Shown piece by piece: positions 49,841-59,343 of a stretch of DNA of 64,000 bases (position 1 is the stretch's first letter; each line of letters opens with the position of its first letter). The position numbers and the translations under genes were made by a program. A model generated the notes under the pieces. That model was not told the DNA's origin. It made no database searches and saw only the letters and a program-made list of their open reading frames with translations. Location: the NCBI GenBank assembly GCA_963555815.3, contig CAUVWX020000001.1, positions 32,001 to 96,000 of the forward strand, read 5' to 3'. Source of the DNA: a bacterium. GTDB taxonomy: Bacteria; UBA8248; JACPRG01; G963555815.

Positions 49841-51304
49841 TCAATCCGATTCGATTTTGCCGACCCGCGCGGCTGGCTTGAACCCCTGAGCCTCGGCCTC
49901 TTCTCGAGAAGAGAAAAAGACCCACTTCCCGCTCTCCAAAGAGAGGGACCCATCCACTGGCCGGTAGCGGCGGCTCTTCAGGTGGCCCACATAGGCCGGC
50001 TGGAGGTCCGTATCACAATAGACGCACCGCAACCGAGGGGAAGCGTCTCCTGTGGGTTTCCCCTTTCGCGAGGGTCGGGCCTCCTCCAGGACCCAGAACT
50101 CAGGGACGGCGTACGAGCTCTCGTGGACGGAGATACACCGGTCGTTCTCGCATCGAACGCCGATGGGGCTGCGGTAGATCGGGGGCCCGTCTCCTGCGCC
50201 CGGAGAAACCGCGCGGCTTTTAGCCGCTATCGCCTTCGGCTCGGGATGGGCTCCCAGGAGGAGGGAGAGCAGGGCCATTCGAACGGGGACTCCCCGGGCG
50301 GCCTGTTCGAAGTAGCGGCTCCTCGGGTCGGAGTCAATCTCACGAGAGAGCTCGTCCACCCGCGGAAGGGGGTGAAGAACCAGGGTCTCCTTGAAGGGTT
50401 TCCCTTGCAGGAAGGCCTTGTCCACGATGGGATAGTCCTGCCCGGGGGTGGCCCCCTCCCCGGTTGCTTTCGCGTCATGAGGGGCTTCGAAACGCTCCTT
50501 CTGTGCGCGAGTCACGTAGAGGGCATCTATGCGGGAGGCGATCTCGGGGATGCTCTCCTCCACCTCTGTAAAGAGAGAGAGCTGGTGAGGGCGGCTAGGG
50601 GTCAGGACCACCACGTCGGAACCTGAGAGGGCCGAGCGGACATCTCCGCCCCGACGAGCCTGACCAAATCGGGAGACCTCGGGGCGACACCCATAGTCCA
50701 CCTGGAGTTTTTGCTTCACATCGTCGGGGAGCCCCAATCCCTTCCCCGGCAGACAGAGGATGTTGGCCCCAAAGCGGGCCAGGGCGTAGGCGAGGGAATG
50801 GATGGTCCGGCCATGGAGGAGGTCACCACAAAGGGCAACGTTCAGGCCAGCCAGCTGACCCTTGTCCCGTCTCAAGGTGTAGAGGTCGCAAAGTGTCTGG
50901 GTGGGATGCTCGTGACCGCCGTCTCCCCCGTTAATCACAGGGGCGTCGGAGAAGTCTGCCATCAGCCGGGCAGAGCCTTCCCATGGATGCCGAACGACGA
51001 CGACGTCGGCGTAGTGGCCGACGACGCGCGCCGTGTCGGCCAGGCTCTCCCCCTTGGCAAGAGAGGTGGTCCTCATCTCCGCCACACTGATGATCTTTCC
51101 CCCCAGGCGGCAGATGGCCGCCTCGAAGGACAGACGCGTCCGCGTGCTGGGCTCGAAGAAGAGTGTGGCCAGGATGGCGCCGGGACACCGGTGGGCTTGG
51201 TCCCGGATCCCCTCCTCCATCTCCGTGGCGACGGTGAGGACGGTCTCGATCTCAGCGTTGGTGAGATCGTCTATCCGGATGAGGTCTCGACTTTGAAGGC
51301 TCAT
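49841..51304 (-). CDS. pyrB: Aspartate carbamoyltransferase catalytic chain fused to a PyrI-type Zn domain and a further C-terminal module
   Basis: FFEPSTRTRLSF, KGESLAD, HPTQTL, HPLPR; C-terminal CENDRC..CVYC. Confidence 0.93.
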   Translation of the reverse strand: MSLQSRDLIRIDDLTNAEIETVLTVATEMEEGIRDQAHRCPGAILATLFFEPSTRTRLSFEAAICRLGGKIISVAEMRTTSLAKGESLADTARVVGHYADVVVVRHPWEGSARLMADFSDAPVINGGDGGHEHPTQTLCDLYTLRRDKGQLAGLNVALCGDLLHGRTIHSLAYALARFGANILCLPGKGLGLPDDVKQKLQVDYGCRPEVSRFGQARRGGDVRSALSGSDVVVLTPSRPHQLSLFTEVEESIPEIASRIDALYVTRAQKERFEAPHDAKATGEGATPGQDYPIVDKAFLQGKPFKETLVLHPLPRVDELSREIDSDPRSRYFEQAARGVPVRMALLSLLLGAHPEPKAIAAKSRAVSPGAGDGPPIYRSPIGVRCENDRCISVHESSYAVPEFWVLEEARPSRKGKPTGDASPRLRCVYCDTDLQPAYVGHLKSRRYRPVDGSLSLESGKWVFFSSREEAEAQGFKPAARVGKIESD

Positions 51305-51336
51305 TGTCCCACTTCTTGATTCACCCACTGCCGCTC

Positions 51337-51400
51337 AAAAAAAACCCCTCACCGCTTATTGCGCGAGGGAATTTCCCCTTCCGGTGGCCTCTCGGGAGCC
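51337..51400 (-). promoter_or_regulatory. PyrR-binding-like loop plus intrinsic terminator (attenuator) upstream of pyrB
   Basis: GGCUCCCGAGAGGCC resembles the PyrR loop UCCNGNGAGGY; followed by CCCUCGCGC/GCGGUGAGGG stem and U8. Confidence 0.65.
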
Positions 51401-51455
51401 GCGATCCCTCAGCCCATCCAAGCGTTCAGCGCGCGCCCTTTAGGACTGCCCGGTC

Positions 51456-51716
51456 TCAACCCTCCTTGCGCCGCTCCTTGAGGACACGATACTCCACCTT
51501 TCTTCCCTTTGGCGATGATTCCAAGGGAAGCGAGGTGACCTCCAAAAGGAGGTATCGCCCCCACGTCTCTACGGTGACCTTGTCTCCCAGCCGAAGATCT
51601 TTGCCCGCCTTGGCCAAGTGGCCATTCACCCGAATGGCCCCCGCCTCGCAAAACTCTCTCGCCAAGCTTCGCCGCTTAACGAGCCCCGCCGCCTTCAGAT
51701 AGGCGTCCAGGCGCAT
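51456..51716 (-). CDS. S4 domain RNA-binding protein (Hsp15/YabO-like)
   Basis: MRLDAYLKAAGLVKRRSLAREFCEAGAIRVNG. Confidence 0.9.
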   Translation of the reverse strand: MRLDAYLKAAGLVKRRSLAREFCEAGAIRVNGHLAKAGKDLRLGDKVTVETWGRYLLLEVTSLPLESSPKGRKVEYRVLKERRKEG

Positions 51717-51723
51717 GCGGGCC

Positions 51724-52695
51724 TCACATGGACACCTCGATGTAGGCCTTCTTCTTCAGTTCTTCCAGCCAGCGCTCGTAGCGTGCGTTGAGTTTTTCCG
51801 TGTAGACATGGCCTCGAATCCTATCAGTCACCTGCTCGAGGGGAGGGGCTTCTTGCGCGGTCTTCTCGGTCAGTTTGATGATGTGATAGCCTGCGGATGT
51901 CCGCACCAGGGGCCCGATCTCACCCTGCTGCAGTGAGAAAAGGACTGCCTCGATGTCTGGGAGAATCTCCCCGCGTTGGATCAGGCCAAGATCACCTCCC
52001 TGAGCCCCTGAGTCGTCCTCAGAGTGAAGCCGGGCGAGCCCTTCGAAATCCTCTCCAGATTTGGCTCGCTCAAGGAGCACTTCGGCTCGAGCCTGAGCCT
52101 CAAGATCCTCGACCCCGTCCCCATTTCGCAGGGCCGCCACCAGGATGTGACTTGCCCGAAGCTGCTCAGGGGGCAGGAAATCGGCAACATTGGCTTGGTA
52201 GTAGTCTTCAATCTCCTCCGACGAGACCTCGATCCGGGACTGGACCTCGAAATTGATCACCCTCCGGATCATGATCTCCTCCGTGATCCTTTGGCGATAG
52301 TCCTCCAGGGTAATCCCCTCACGCGCCAGGAGGGCTTCCAGGGTTTCCTGGGTCAAGTGGTTTTCCTCCTTCACATCCTCAACGGCCAGCTCAATGTCGC
52401 GCCCCGTCACTTCCATGTTGAGGTCTTGAGCCCGTTGGAGTTGAAGGGAGCGAATGATGAGCTGGTCGAGGGATCTTCGTTGGACAGCCTCCATCTCCCC
52501 CTCAAGTTCTTCGCCCTGAAACTTTCCCTGAAGGCCGAGAAGCTCATCGCTGGCGACTTCCTGGACGTCGCTGAGGGTGATGATCTCCCTGTTGACGACC
52601 GCCACAATCCGGTCGATGACGATGGCATTTGCATGTCCACCCAGAGCGAGCACCAGGAGAGCAACCGGCCAAACTTTCAGGCGGGACCGCCCCAT
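51724..52695 (-). CDS. surA: SurA-type peptidyl-prolyl isomerase/chaperone
   Basis: Signal peptide, IDRIVAVVNREIIT, ASHILV, GGDLG, GYHIIKL; downstream of mfd. Confidence 0.85.
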   Translation of the reverse strand: MGRSRLKVWPVALLVLALGGHANAIVIDRIVAVVNREIITLSDVQEVASDELLGLQGKFQGEELEGEMEAVQRRSLDQLIIRSLQLQRAQDLNMEVTGRDIELAVEDVKEENHLTQETLEALLAREGITLEDYRQRITEEIMIRRVINFEVQSRIEVSSEEIEDYYQANVADFLPPEQLRASHILVAALRNGDGVEDLEAQARAEVLLERAKSGEDFEGLARLHSEDDSGAQGGDLGLIQRGEILPDIEAVLFSLQQGEIGPLVRTSAGYHIIKLTEKTAQEAPPLEQVTDRIRGHVYTEKLNARYERWLEELKKKAYIEVSM

Positions 52696-52727
52696 CACAA
52701 ACCTCCTCACCATGACCCCAAGCTCCA

Positions 52728-52782
52728 CTTCAGGTTCCCACGTTAACACAACCTTCAGGTTCCCACGTTAACACAACCTTCA
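52728..52782. repeat. Perfect 25-nt tandem duplication (2.2 copies) across the mfd stop
   Basis: CTTCAGGTTCCCACGTTAACACAAC twice, then CTTCA. Confidence 0.95.
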
Positions 52783-55700
52783 AAGGCAATCAACGCCCCC
52801 TTCAGCGTTGAAAAGCGGTCCTCTGGGGTCTCGCCGACGGGGAGCCGAAAGGTCCGCTCATCAACGAACTGAAGACCGGGAAAGGCCAGGAACTCACGGG
52901 TGAGATTATACTCCCCTGGAGCCGCCACGAAGGTGACCTGTCCCCCCTCCAACTTCACACGCTCGACGCGGCAGCGGGAGGCCAAGATCCTGATCTCGGC
53001 AACCTGGAAGAGGGTGTGCGCCTCGGGCGGAAGCGGCCCGAAACGGTCGGCCAGGGCACGCCTGAGCTCCTCCAGCTCTCCTGTAGTCCGGGTTCGAGTC
53101 ACCTCCCGGTAGAGCTCAAGACGCTGGTTTGTAAAGGGCACATACGCTTCCGGCAGGCTCCCCACCAGCCCCAGGGTCAGCTCCGGTTCCCCTCGGGGCT
53201 CGGCCGACACCCCCCTCAGTTCCTGGGTGGCCTCTTCCATCAACTGGCAATAGAGGTCAAAGCCGACGGCGGCGATATGGCCGGACTGCTCAGGGCCTAT
53301 AATGTTCCCCGCGCCCCGGATCTCTAGGTCCCGGGCGGCCAGGCGAAAGCCCGAGCCGAGGTCTCCCAGCTCCTCTAGGGCCTTCAGGCGCCTTCGGGCC
53401 GACTGGGTTATCACCCGGCCTGGCGGGATGAGGAAGTAGGCGTAGGCCTGCTGGCTCCCCCGGCCCACTCGGCCCCGGAGCTGATAGAGCTGGGCGAGAC
53501 CGTAGCGGTCCGCCCGGTTGACGAGAATGGTGTTGGCATTCGGGATGTCCAGACCATTTTCAATGATGGTGGTGCAGAGGAGGACGCGGTGCTCTCCCGA
53601 TACAAACCGCATCATCGCCTCCTCGAGCTGCCGCTCCCGCATCTTGCCGTGGGCAATGCCCAGTGAGAGGCCAGGGACAAGCCGGCGAAGGTAGCGGGCC
53701 ACGACCTCGATATTCTCCACCCAGGGGTGGACAAAGAATATCTGCCCCCCCCGGTGCATCTCTCGGGTGAGGGCCTCCCGAATAACGCGATCACTAAAGG
53801 GGGTCACGTAGGTGCGAATGGCCAAGCGGTCGGCGGGAGGGGTATCGATGACGCTGAGGTCTCGAATCCCAAGGAGGCCCATGTGAAGGGTGCGGGGGAT
53901 GGGAGTCGCCGTGAGGGTGAGAACGTCCGCCGTCTTTCTAAAGAGTTTCAGCTTCTCCTTGTGAGTGACCCCAAACCGCTGCTCCTCGTCAACAACGATG
54001 AGTCCCAAGTCTCGAAATCGGACATCGGCTTGAAGGAGACGGTGGGTCCCGATGACGATATCGACGGAGCCTACCTCGAGACCCTTTAGGACGCCGGCCT
54101 GCTCGCTTGGGGAGCGAAAACGCGAGAGGAGCTCGACCGTGACGGGATAGGCCGAGAAACGCTCCTGGAGGGTCTGAAGGTGCTGTTGGGCAAGGACGGT
54201 CGTAGGCACTAGGATGGCCACCTGCTTCTTGTCCAATACCACCTTGAAGGCTGCGCGCATGGCCACTTCGGTCTTCCCATAACCCACGTCCCCGCAGATC
54301 AGACGATCCATGGGGCGGGGGCGCTCCAAATCTTCCACGACATCCAGGATGGCCTGACGCTGGTCGGGGGTCTCCTCGTAAGGGAAGGCGGCGGCGAACT
54401 CCTGACTCCAGTGGTCGTCGGGGGAAAAGGCAAAACCCGGGGTCACCTGGCGCTCTGCCGTCAAGCGCAAAAGGCCCTGAGCCATGGACTTGACCGAGGC
54501 CTTGACCCGACCTTTCAACCGCTGCCAGGCCATCCCCCCAAGCCGGTCCATCCGGGGCCTGCCCTGCCCCGCCCCGAGATATTTCTGGACCAAGTGCAAA
54601 TGATCCATGGGGACATAGAGTTTGTCCCCGCCGGCGTAATCCACCCGCAAAAACTCCCCCTCTCGTCCTCCCAGACCGAAGCCCTCCACCCCTTGGTAGA
54701 GACCGATTCCATACTCCCGGTGGACCAGATAGTCCCCTGGGGTGAGATCTCGGAAGGCGGCTTCAAAGGCCTGTCTCTTAGGCGCCGACCGAGGCCGACT
54801 ACGAACAGGGGTATAGAAGACCTCCTCCTCTCGCAGAAAGACTCGTCGAAGGGAAGGGAGGATAAACCCTTCCGAGAGGCGACCCACCCGGATGTCGAGG
54901 CCAGCCTCTTCAGCTCCGTCCAGGAGGGATTCCCTCCCCTCTTCCGTCACCTCTGCCCCCAAATCGTTTTCCTTCAAGATCTGCTGAAACCTGATCGCCT
55001 GGGTCTGATGGGCTGCGACAAGGCTCACTCGAAAGCCCTCTGCCAGCCAAGCCTGAAGTTGCCGGATGAAGTCCGGGACGTGTCCCTGAAAGGCTCCCGT
55101 GGCTTGAGAGAGGACGCGGATGAGCTGAAACCCCCTCTCCTTCTCGGCCGTCACGCCAAGGGCATGAAGCTCAAAAAGGGGCGCCCCAGGCCGGGCTCGA
55201 CGAGAGAGGGTCTCGAGGACGCGCCCGGGAGGAAGGGAATACTCGTCCAGAGAAAAAGGCAACGGTTCCACCGACGGAGAGTGGGCCGTCTCCTTGAGGG
55301 CGTCCCATCTCACGGCCTCCGCTTCGGCAAACTCATGAGGCTCATCCAGGATCGCAATGGCCTCCCCAGGTAAGCCTTCGAGGGGCATTTCCAGATCGTC
55401 GAAAAAGAGAGGCGAAAAATTCTCGACGCCGGGGAAGTGGCCCTCTTCGATGAGACGGTCGGCCAGATACTTGCCCCGGTCGCTCTCCCCGCGCTGGTTG
55501 GCCCACTGCCTCAACCGATCGGCACCTCGAAGGCGAGCGGCTTGCCCCAGGAGGAATTCCCGGGCCGGGAGGATGTCCACCCGTCCCGCCTGACCGACGG
55601 ACCGCTGGTCGGAGACGTTGAAATGACGGAGGGATTCGACCCCCTCCTCGTCAAATTCCACCCGAACGGGAAGGGCCGCCTGAGGGCAAAAGATGTCCAC

Positions 55701-56264
55701 GATGCCCCCCCGAACGGCGTACTCCCCCTTCTCCTCCACCAGGGGGACTCGCTCATAGCCCCCTTCTGAAAGGCGTCGCAGGAGTTCATCCCGGTCCAGG
55801 GCCTCCCCCGGAATAAGGGTCAGCGCCTCTGCGAGAAATCTCTTGGCCGGGATGACCCGCTGCGCCAGCGCGGCAAGAGAGGCCACGGTCACGGCCGCCT
55901 CCCCTTTTGCCCAGGCCGCCAGGGCCGAAAGCCGCTGCCCGACCACCTCCGGGCTCGGAGAGAGGGGTTCAAGAGGCGAGAGTTCCCATGAAGGGAAGGC
56001 GTGGACACAAAAAGTGTCGCCCGGCGGCTCTTCCCCAGCCAAGTTCGCCTCGCGAGTCCCGGCAAAGAAGAGGAGGTCCTGGTAGAGGCTGTGACAGGCG
56101 GCGTCAGAGGGGGTGACCACCAGGAGGGGACACCGGAGATCCTGCAGGAGGGCCATCAGATAACAGGCCCGTGCCGGCCCGGAGAGGCCCACTACACGAA
56201 CGCGCTTCGCCCGGTCCGAGATCTGCGTCCAGTTCCATCGGGTGCAAAGGGCGGGTTCAGCCAA
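52755..56264 (-). CDS. mfd: Transcription-repair coupling factor
   Basis: UvrB-like N-terminus, CGDVGYGKTEV, DEEQRFGV, TATPIPRTL, QLRGRVGR, DLEIRGAG. Confidence 0.98.
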   Translation of the reverse strand: MAEPALCTRWNWTQISDRAKRVRVVGLSGPARACYLMALLQDLRCPLLVVTPSDAACHSLYQDLLFFAGTREANLAGEEPPGDTFCVHAFPSWELSPLEPLSPSPEVVGQRLSALAAWAKGEAAVTVASLAALAQRVIPAKRFLAEALTLIPGEALDRDELLRRLSEGGYERVPLVEEKGEYAVRGGIVDIFCPQAALPVRVEFDEEGVESLRHFNVSDQRSVGQAGRVDILPAREFLLGQAARLRGADRLRQWANQRGESDRGKYLADRLIEEGHFPGVENFSPLFFDDLEMPLEGLPGEAIAILDEPHEFAEAEAVRWDALKETAHSPSVEPLPFSLDEYSLPPGRVLETLSRRARPGAPLFELHALGVTAEKERGFQLIRVLSQATGAFQGHVPDFIRQLQAWLAEGFRVSLVAAHQTQAIRFQQILKENDLGAEVTEEGRESLLDGAEEAGLDIRVGRLSEGFILPSLRRVFLREEEVFYTPVRSRPRSAPKRQAFEAAFRDLTPGDYLVHREYGIGLYQGVEGFGLGGREGEFLRVDYAGGDKLYVPMDHLHLVQKYLGAGQGRPRMDRLGGMAWQRLKGRVKASVKSMAQGLLRLTAERQVTPGFAFSPDDHWSQEFAAAFPYEETPDQRQAILDVVEDLERPRPMDRLICGDVGYGKTEVAMRAAFKVVLDKKQVAILVPTTVLAQQHLQTLQERFSAYPVTVELLSRFRSPSEQAGVLKGLEVGSVDIVIGTHRLLQADVRFRDLGLIVVDEEQRFGVTHKEKLKLFRKTADVLTLTATPIPRTLHMGLLGIRDLSVIDTPPADRLAIRTYVTPFSDRVIREALTREMHRGGQIFFVHPWVENIEVVARYLRRLVPGLSLGIAHGKMRERQLEEAMMRFVSGEHRVLLCTTIIENGLDIPNANTILVNRADRYGLAQLYQLRGRVGRGSQQAYAYFLIPPGRVITQSARRRLKALEELGDLGSGFRLAARDLEIRGAGNIIGPEQSGHIAAVGFDLYCQLMEEATQELRGVSAEPRGEPELTLGLVGSLPEAYVPFTNQRLELYREVTRTRTTGELEELRRALADRFGPLPPEAHTLFQVAEIRILASRCRVERVKLEGGQVTFVAAPGEYNLTREFLAFPGLQFVDERTFRLPVGETPEDRFSTLKGALIAFEGCVNVGT

Positions 56265-56269
56265 GGCGC

Positions 56270-57145
56270 TTAAGCCCCATGGGCGGCTTCTTTCAGGGCT
56301 GCTTCCATCCGCGGGCGAACCAGCTCCACCGGAAGTTCAGAGCCGGTCCAGATCCGAAAGTTCTCGGCTCCTTGATAGATCAACATCCCAAGTCCGCCGA
56401 GCGTCCTGGCCCCTCGTTCCCCCGCCAATCTCAGAAGAGAGGTCTCCAAGGGATTGTACACAAGGTCCATCACGACTTGAGTCGGACGGATGTGCTGGGG
56501 GGAAAGGGGCAGTGCGTCATCGCCGCCTTTCAAATGCGCCAGGCCGAGGGAGGTCGTGTTGACGATGAGATCTGCCTCCTTGGCCGCCTGAGCTACCTCC
56601 GGGCCTCTCAGGGAAACCGCCTGGACCTTCACACCTGGAGAGAGTTCTTCCACCTGAGCGGCGAGGGCCTGTGCCCGGGCAAGGGTCCGGTTGGCAATGG
56701 TGAGGGATAGGACCCGCTCTTGGGAGAGCTGCGAGGCCACCGCCCGGGCCGCCCCGCCCGCCCCCAAGAGCAGGACCCGGCGGTCACGGGGGTCAAGTCG
56801 CCCTTCTTCCCGAAGAGAGCGGAGAAAGCCGATCCCATCCGTATTGTGACCCAGAAGCCGGTCTCCATCTCGGTGGACCAGGTTGACGGCCCCCACTCGC
56901 TGCGCTTCCTCACTGAGTCCATCCAGGAGGGGGGCGATGGTCTCCTTGTGCGGGATGGTGACGCAGACGCCGTGGACCCCAGGGGTGCGAATTTCCTGAA
57001 CGGCGGCGGGAAGGTCCTGGGGGCGGACCTCGTAGAGTTGGAAGCGGAAGGAGAGATGGAGATGTTCGATGGCCGTCTCGTACATGAGAGGCGAGAGGGA
57101 ATGCGCGAGAGGATAGCCAAAGATCCCGAGGGTCAGGGGAGACAT
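56270..57145 (-). CDS. aroE: Shikimate dehydrogenase
   Basis: HSLSP, VTIPHK, NTDGIGF, GAGGAARA, NRT, DLVYNP. Confidence 0.96.
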   Translation of the reverse strand: MSPLTLGIFGYPLAHSLSPLMYETAIEHLHLSFRFQLYEVRPQDLPAAVQEIRTPGVHGVCVTIPHKETIAPLLDGLSEEAQRVGAVNLVHRDGDRLLGHNTDGIGFLRSLREEGRLDPRDRRVLLLGAGGAARAVASQLSQERVLSLTIANRTLARAQALAAQVEELSPGVKVQAVSLRGPEVAQAAKEADLIVNTTSLGLAHLKGGDDALPLSPQHIRPTQVVMDLVYNPLETSLLRLAGERGARTLGGLGMLIYQGAENFRIWTGSELPVELVRPRMEAALKEAAHGA

Positions 57146-57152
57146 AAAAGGG

Positions 57153-58052
57153 CTAGGGGAGGTCTTTTTTGCTGACGAGGAAATCGCGGACGATGTTACT
57201 GTCGGTCTGGGGAAGCTTGATGGCGAGGCCGTTGAGCTCCACACGGGTTCCAGCCGTATTGCCGACGGTAAGGGCAAACTCCTCTCGCCCTTTCCAGTTC
57301 CGGCTGAGACCTTTAGGAAGGAGGACCTCATCTTGCTCCACACCATCTACAACTACCCTAAGCCATGTGTCCTCTATGGCAGTGACCGTGAGGGTAAGTT
57401 GGCTCTCCCCGACCGAAACCTCAAGGCGTGCCTCCGAAGCCCCATTCTCTGACTCCCCGGCGGCCGAGGCGCTCAGAGAATCCTGGACCACAGACGCCGA
57501 TTCCTCTTCAGGCGCCACCGGTGACACGGTCCCCTCTAAGGGGGCTCGAGGCCCGCTGCCTTCCTTATCCTCAACGGCTGGCCCTTTCACCTCTCCAGGA
57601 GCAGTGGCCTCCTGTCTCGGGGAGGCGATGATGGCCCCCATCATCTTTTGCCAACCACCCGTTATGAAGAGGGAGAGCACGCCTGCGGCCAAAAGGAACC
57701 AGAGGCCCAGGACAACTTTGCGCCGACGGGGACTCGGTGGAGCCACGGTCCGGTCGCTCCACTCCGGAAGGGCAATCCCCGTCGCTCGATGTCCTGAGCT
57801 TGACTCGTAACGGTGAAGGACTTGTGAAACATCGAGGCCCACCTCGGCGGCATAGGACCGAAGGAAACCCCGAAGAATGGGCTCTGAGGGAAGGCCGACG
57901 AAATGACCCTCTTCCATGGCCTCGAGGGATTTAACTTTAATCTTGGTGATGGCCGAGAGAAGCTCCAGGCTGATGCCGCTTCCCTCCCTATGGCGGCGAA
58001 GATACGCCCCCAGGCCCTCGTCGAACTTTCCCTTTTCGGGGAGATCGCTCAT
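57153..58052 (-). CDS. rodZ: RodZ-like protein (HTH, TM, DUF4115)
   Basis: LGAYLRRHRE..GFLRSYA, one TM, WLRVVVDG..VGNTAG..LNG. Confidence 0.85.
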   Translation of the reverse strand: MSDLPEKGKFDEGLGAYLRRHREGSGISLELLSAITKIKVKSLEAMEEGHFVGLPSEPILRGFLRSYAAEVGLDVSQVLHRYESSSGHRATGIALPEWSDRTVAPPSPRRRKVVLGLWFLLAAGVLSLFITGGWQKMMGAIIASPRQEATAPGEVKGPAVEDKEGSGPRAPLEGTVSPVAPEEESASVVQDSLSASAAGESENGASEARLEVSVGESQLTLTVTAIEDTWLRVVVDGVEQDEVLLPKGLSRNWKGREEFALTVGNTAGTRVELNGLAIKLPQTDSNIVRDFLVSKKDLP

Positions 58053-58279
58053 CCAGGCCCCCCCCACTTCCCGAAATGAACGCCGAAATCTATCGCCCAC
58101 GCGCAGTCTCTCTACAAATAGACTGCTAAATCGAAGCAATATAGCATAGTCTCTCTACTATGCTCTACAAAAAATAGTGAAAAGTCCCTTCGTTATGGCC
58201 CCCCCGAGGGAGGGGGAGAATATCCCTTTTACCCTCCAGGGAGTTCGTGGGATGACGGGGAGAAAGGAGGTTCTACACC

Positions 58280-59311
58280 GTGGGCATTGAGATCCTCGTC
58301 CTGCGAGGAGGAGGTCTCGGGGACACCCTCCTTTCCATCCCGGCTGTATCGGCCCTGCGGCGAAAGTGTGTGCCCTGCCAGATCACGTGGGCGGGAAATC
58401 CGAGCTATCTCCTTACAATCCCCCTCGGTCTTCAGGTGGAAGGCCTGCGCTCGATAGAGGGCCCCGATTTCGCCCTCCTTCACGCCGAGGACATGACTGG
58501 AGCCGAACTCCTCGCCCGCTTTGGAAGACGCAACCCTTTCGACCTCATCGTGGCCTGGTCCTCCGGGCAGGGGACCTTTAAAAGGAACCTTCGCACTCTC
58601 GGGAAGCAGGTCCTTCTGGCATCCCCACACCCTCCCCAAGAGGGCCCTCCCCTCCACTCGTCCGACCATTTCCTGAAGACCCTGGCCTCCCTCGATGTCC
58701 CCCAGGGGGACATCGTCCTTAAGCTCTTGCCAAGCGAAGCGGATTTCGAGGAGGCATCCAGACAGCTAAAAGACATGGGGATCGACGGGCGTTCAGACTA
58801 CCTTGTCATTCATCCAGGAGGTGGGGGGCAAAGGAAGTGCTGGCCTCTCCAACGATTTATCTCCCTCGCTCAGGGGTTTTCTCCTGAGACCCCTCTTCTT
58901 TGGATCCTAGGCCCCGCTGAGGCAAAAACCCTTCAAAGAAGACTTTTGGATTCCTTGGGCACAGAGGCGAGGCTCATGATTGAGCCCCCTCTCCCTTGCC
59001 TGGCGGCCATTCTGGCTCGGTCCCGATGCTACGTGGGGAACGACTCCGGAGTCACCCACCTGGCAGCGGGGGTTGGGGCACCCGTCGTCGCCCTCTTTGG
59101 CCCAACGGACCCCCGCATCTGGGGGCCTCGAGGAAAATGGACTCTCACCCTGAGACGGGCAGAGGGCTGTCGCGCTTGCGCTGGATTAACAGACCAGAGA
59201 GATCACACCTGCCTGGAGGCGCTCTCGGTCGATGAGATCAGGGCGGCCGTCAAGAAGCAGGGTGAGGGTTCTTTAGCGGGTGAAGGGCGAAGGCCCGTCA
59301 GGAAAATCTGA
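58280..59311 (+). CDS. Glycosyltransferase family 9 (heptosyltransferase-like)
   Basis: GGLGD, IHPGGG..KCWP, VGNDSGVTHLAA, LFGPTDP. Confidence 0.9.
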   Translation: MGIEILVLRGGGLGDTLLSIPAVSALRRKCVPCQITWAGNPSYLLTIPLGLQVEGLRSIEGPDFALLHAEDMTGAELLARFGRRNPFDLIVAWSSGQGTFKRNLRTLGKQVLLASPHPPQEGPPLHSSDHFLKTLASLDVPQGDIVLKLLPSEADFEEASRQLKDMGIDGRSDYLVIHPGGGGQRKCWPLQRFISLAQGFSPETPLLWILGPAEAKTLQRRLLDSLGTEARLMIEPPLPCLAAILARSRCYVGNDSGVTHLAAGVGAPVVALFGPTDPRIWGPRGKWTLTLRRAEGCRACAGLTDQRDHTCLEALSVDEIRAAVKKQGEGSLAGEGRRPVRKI

Positions 59312-59343
59312 ATCTCCCGGGGCCTCCGGCAACACAAACTCCT

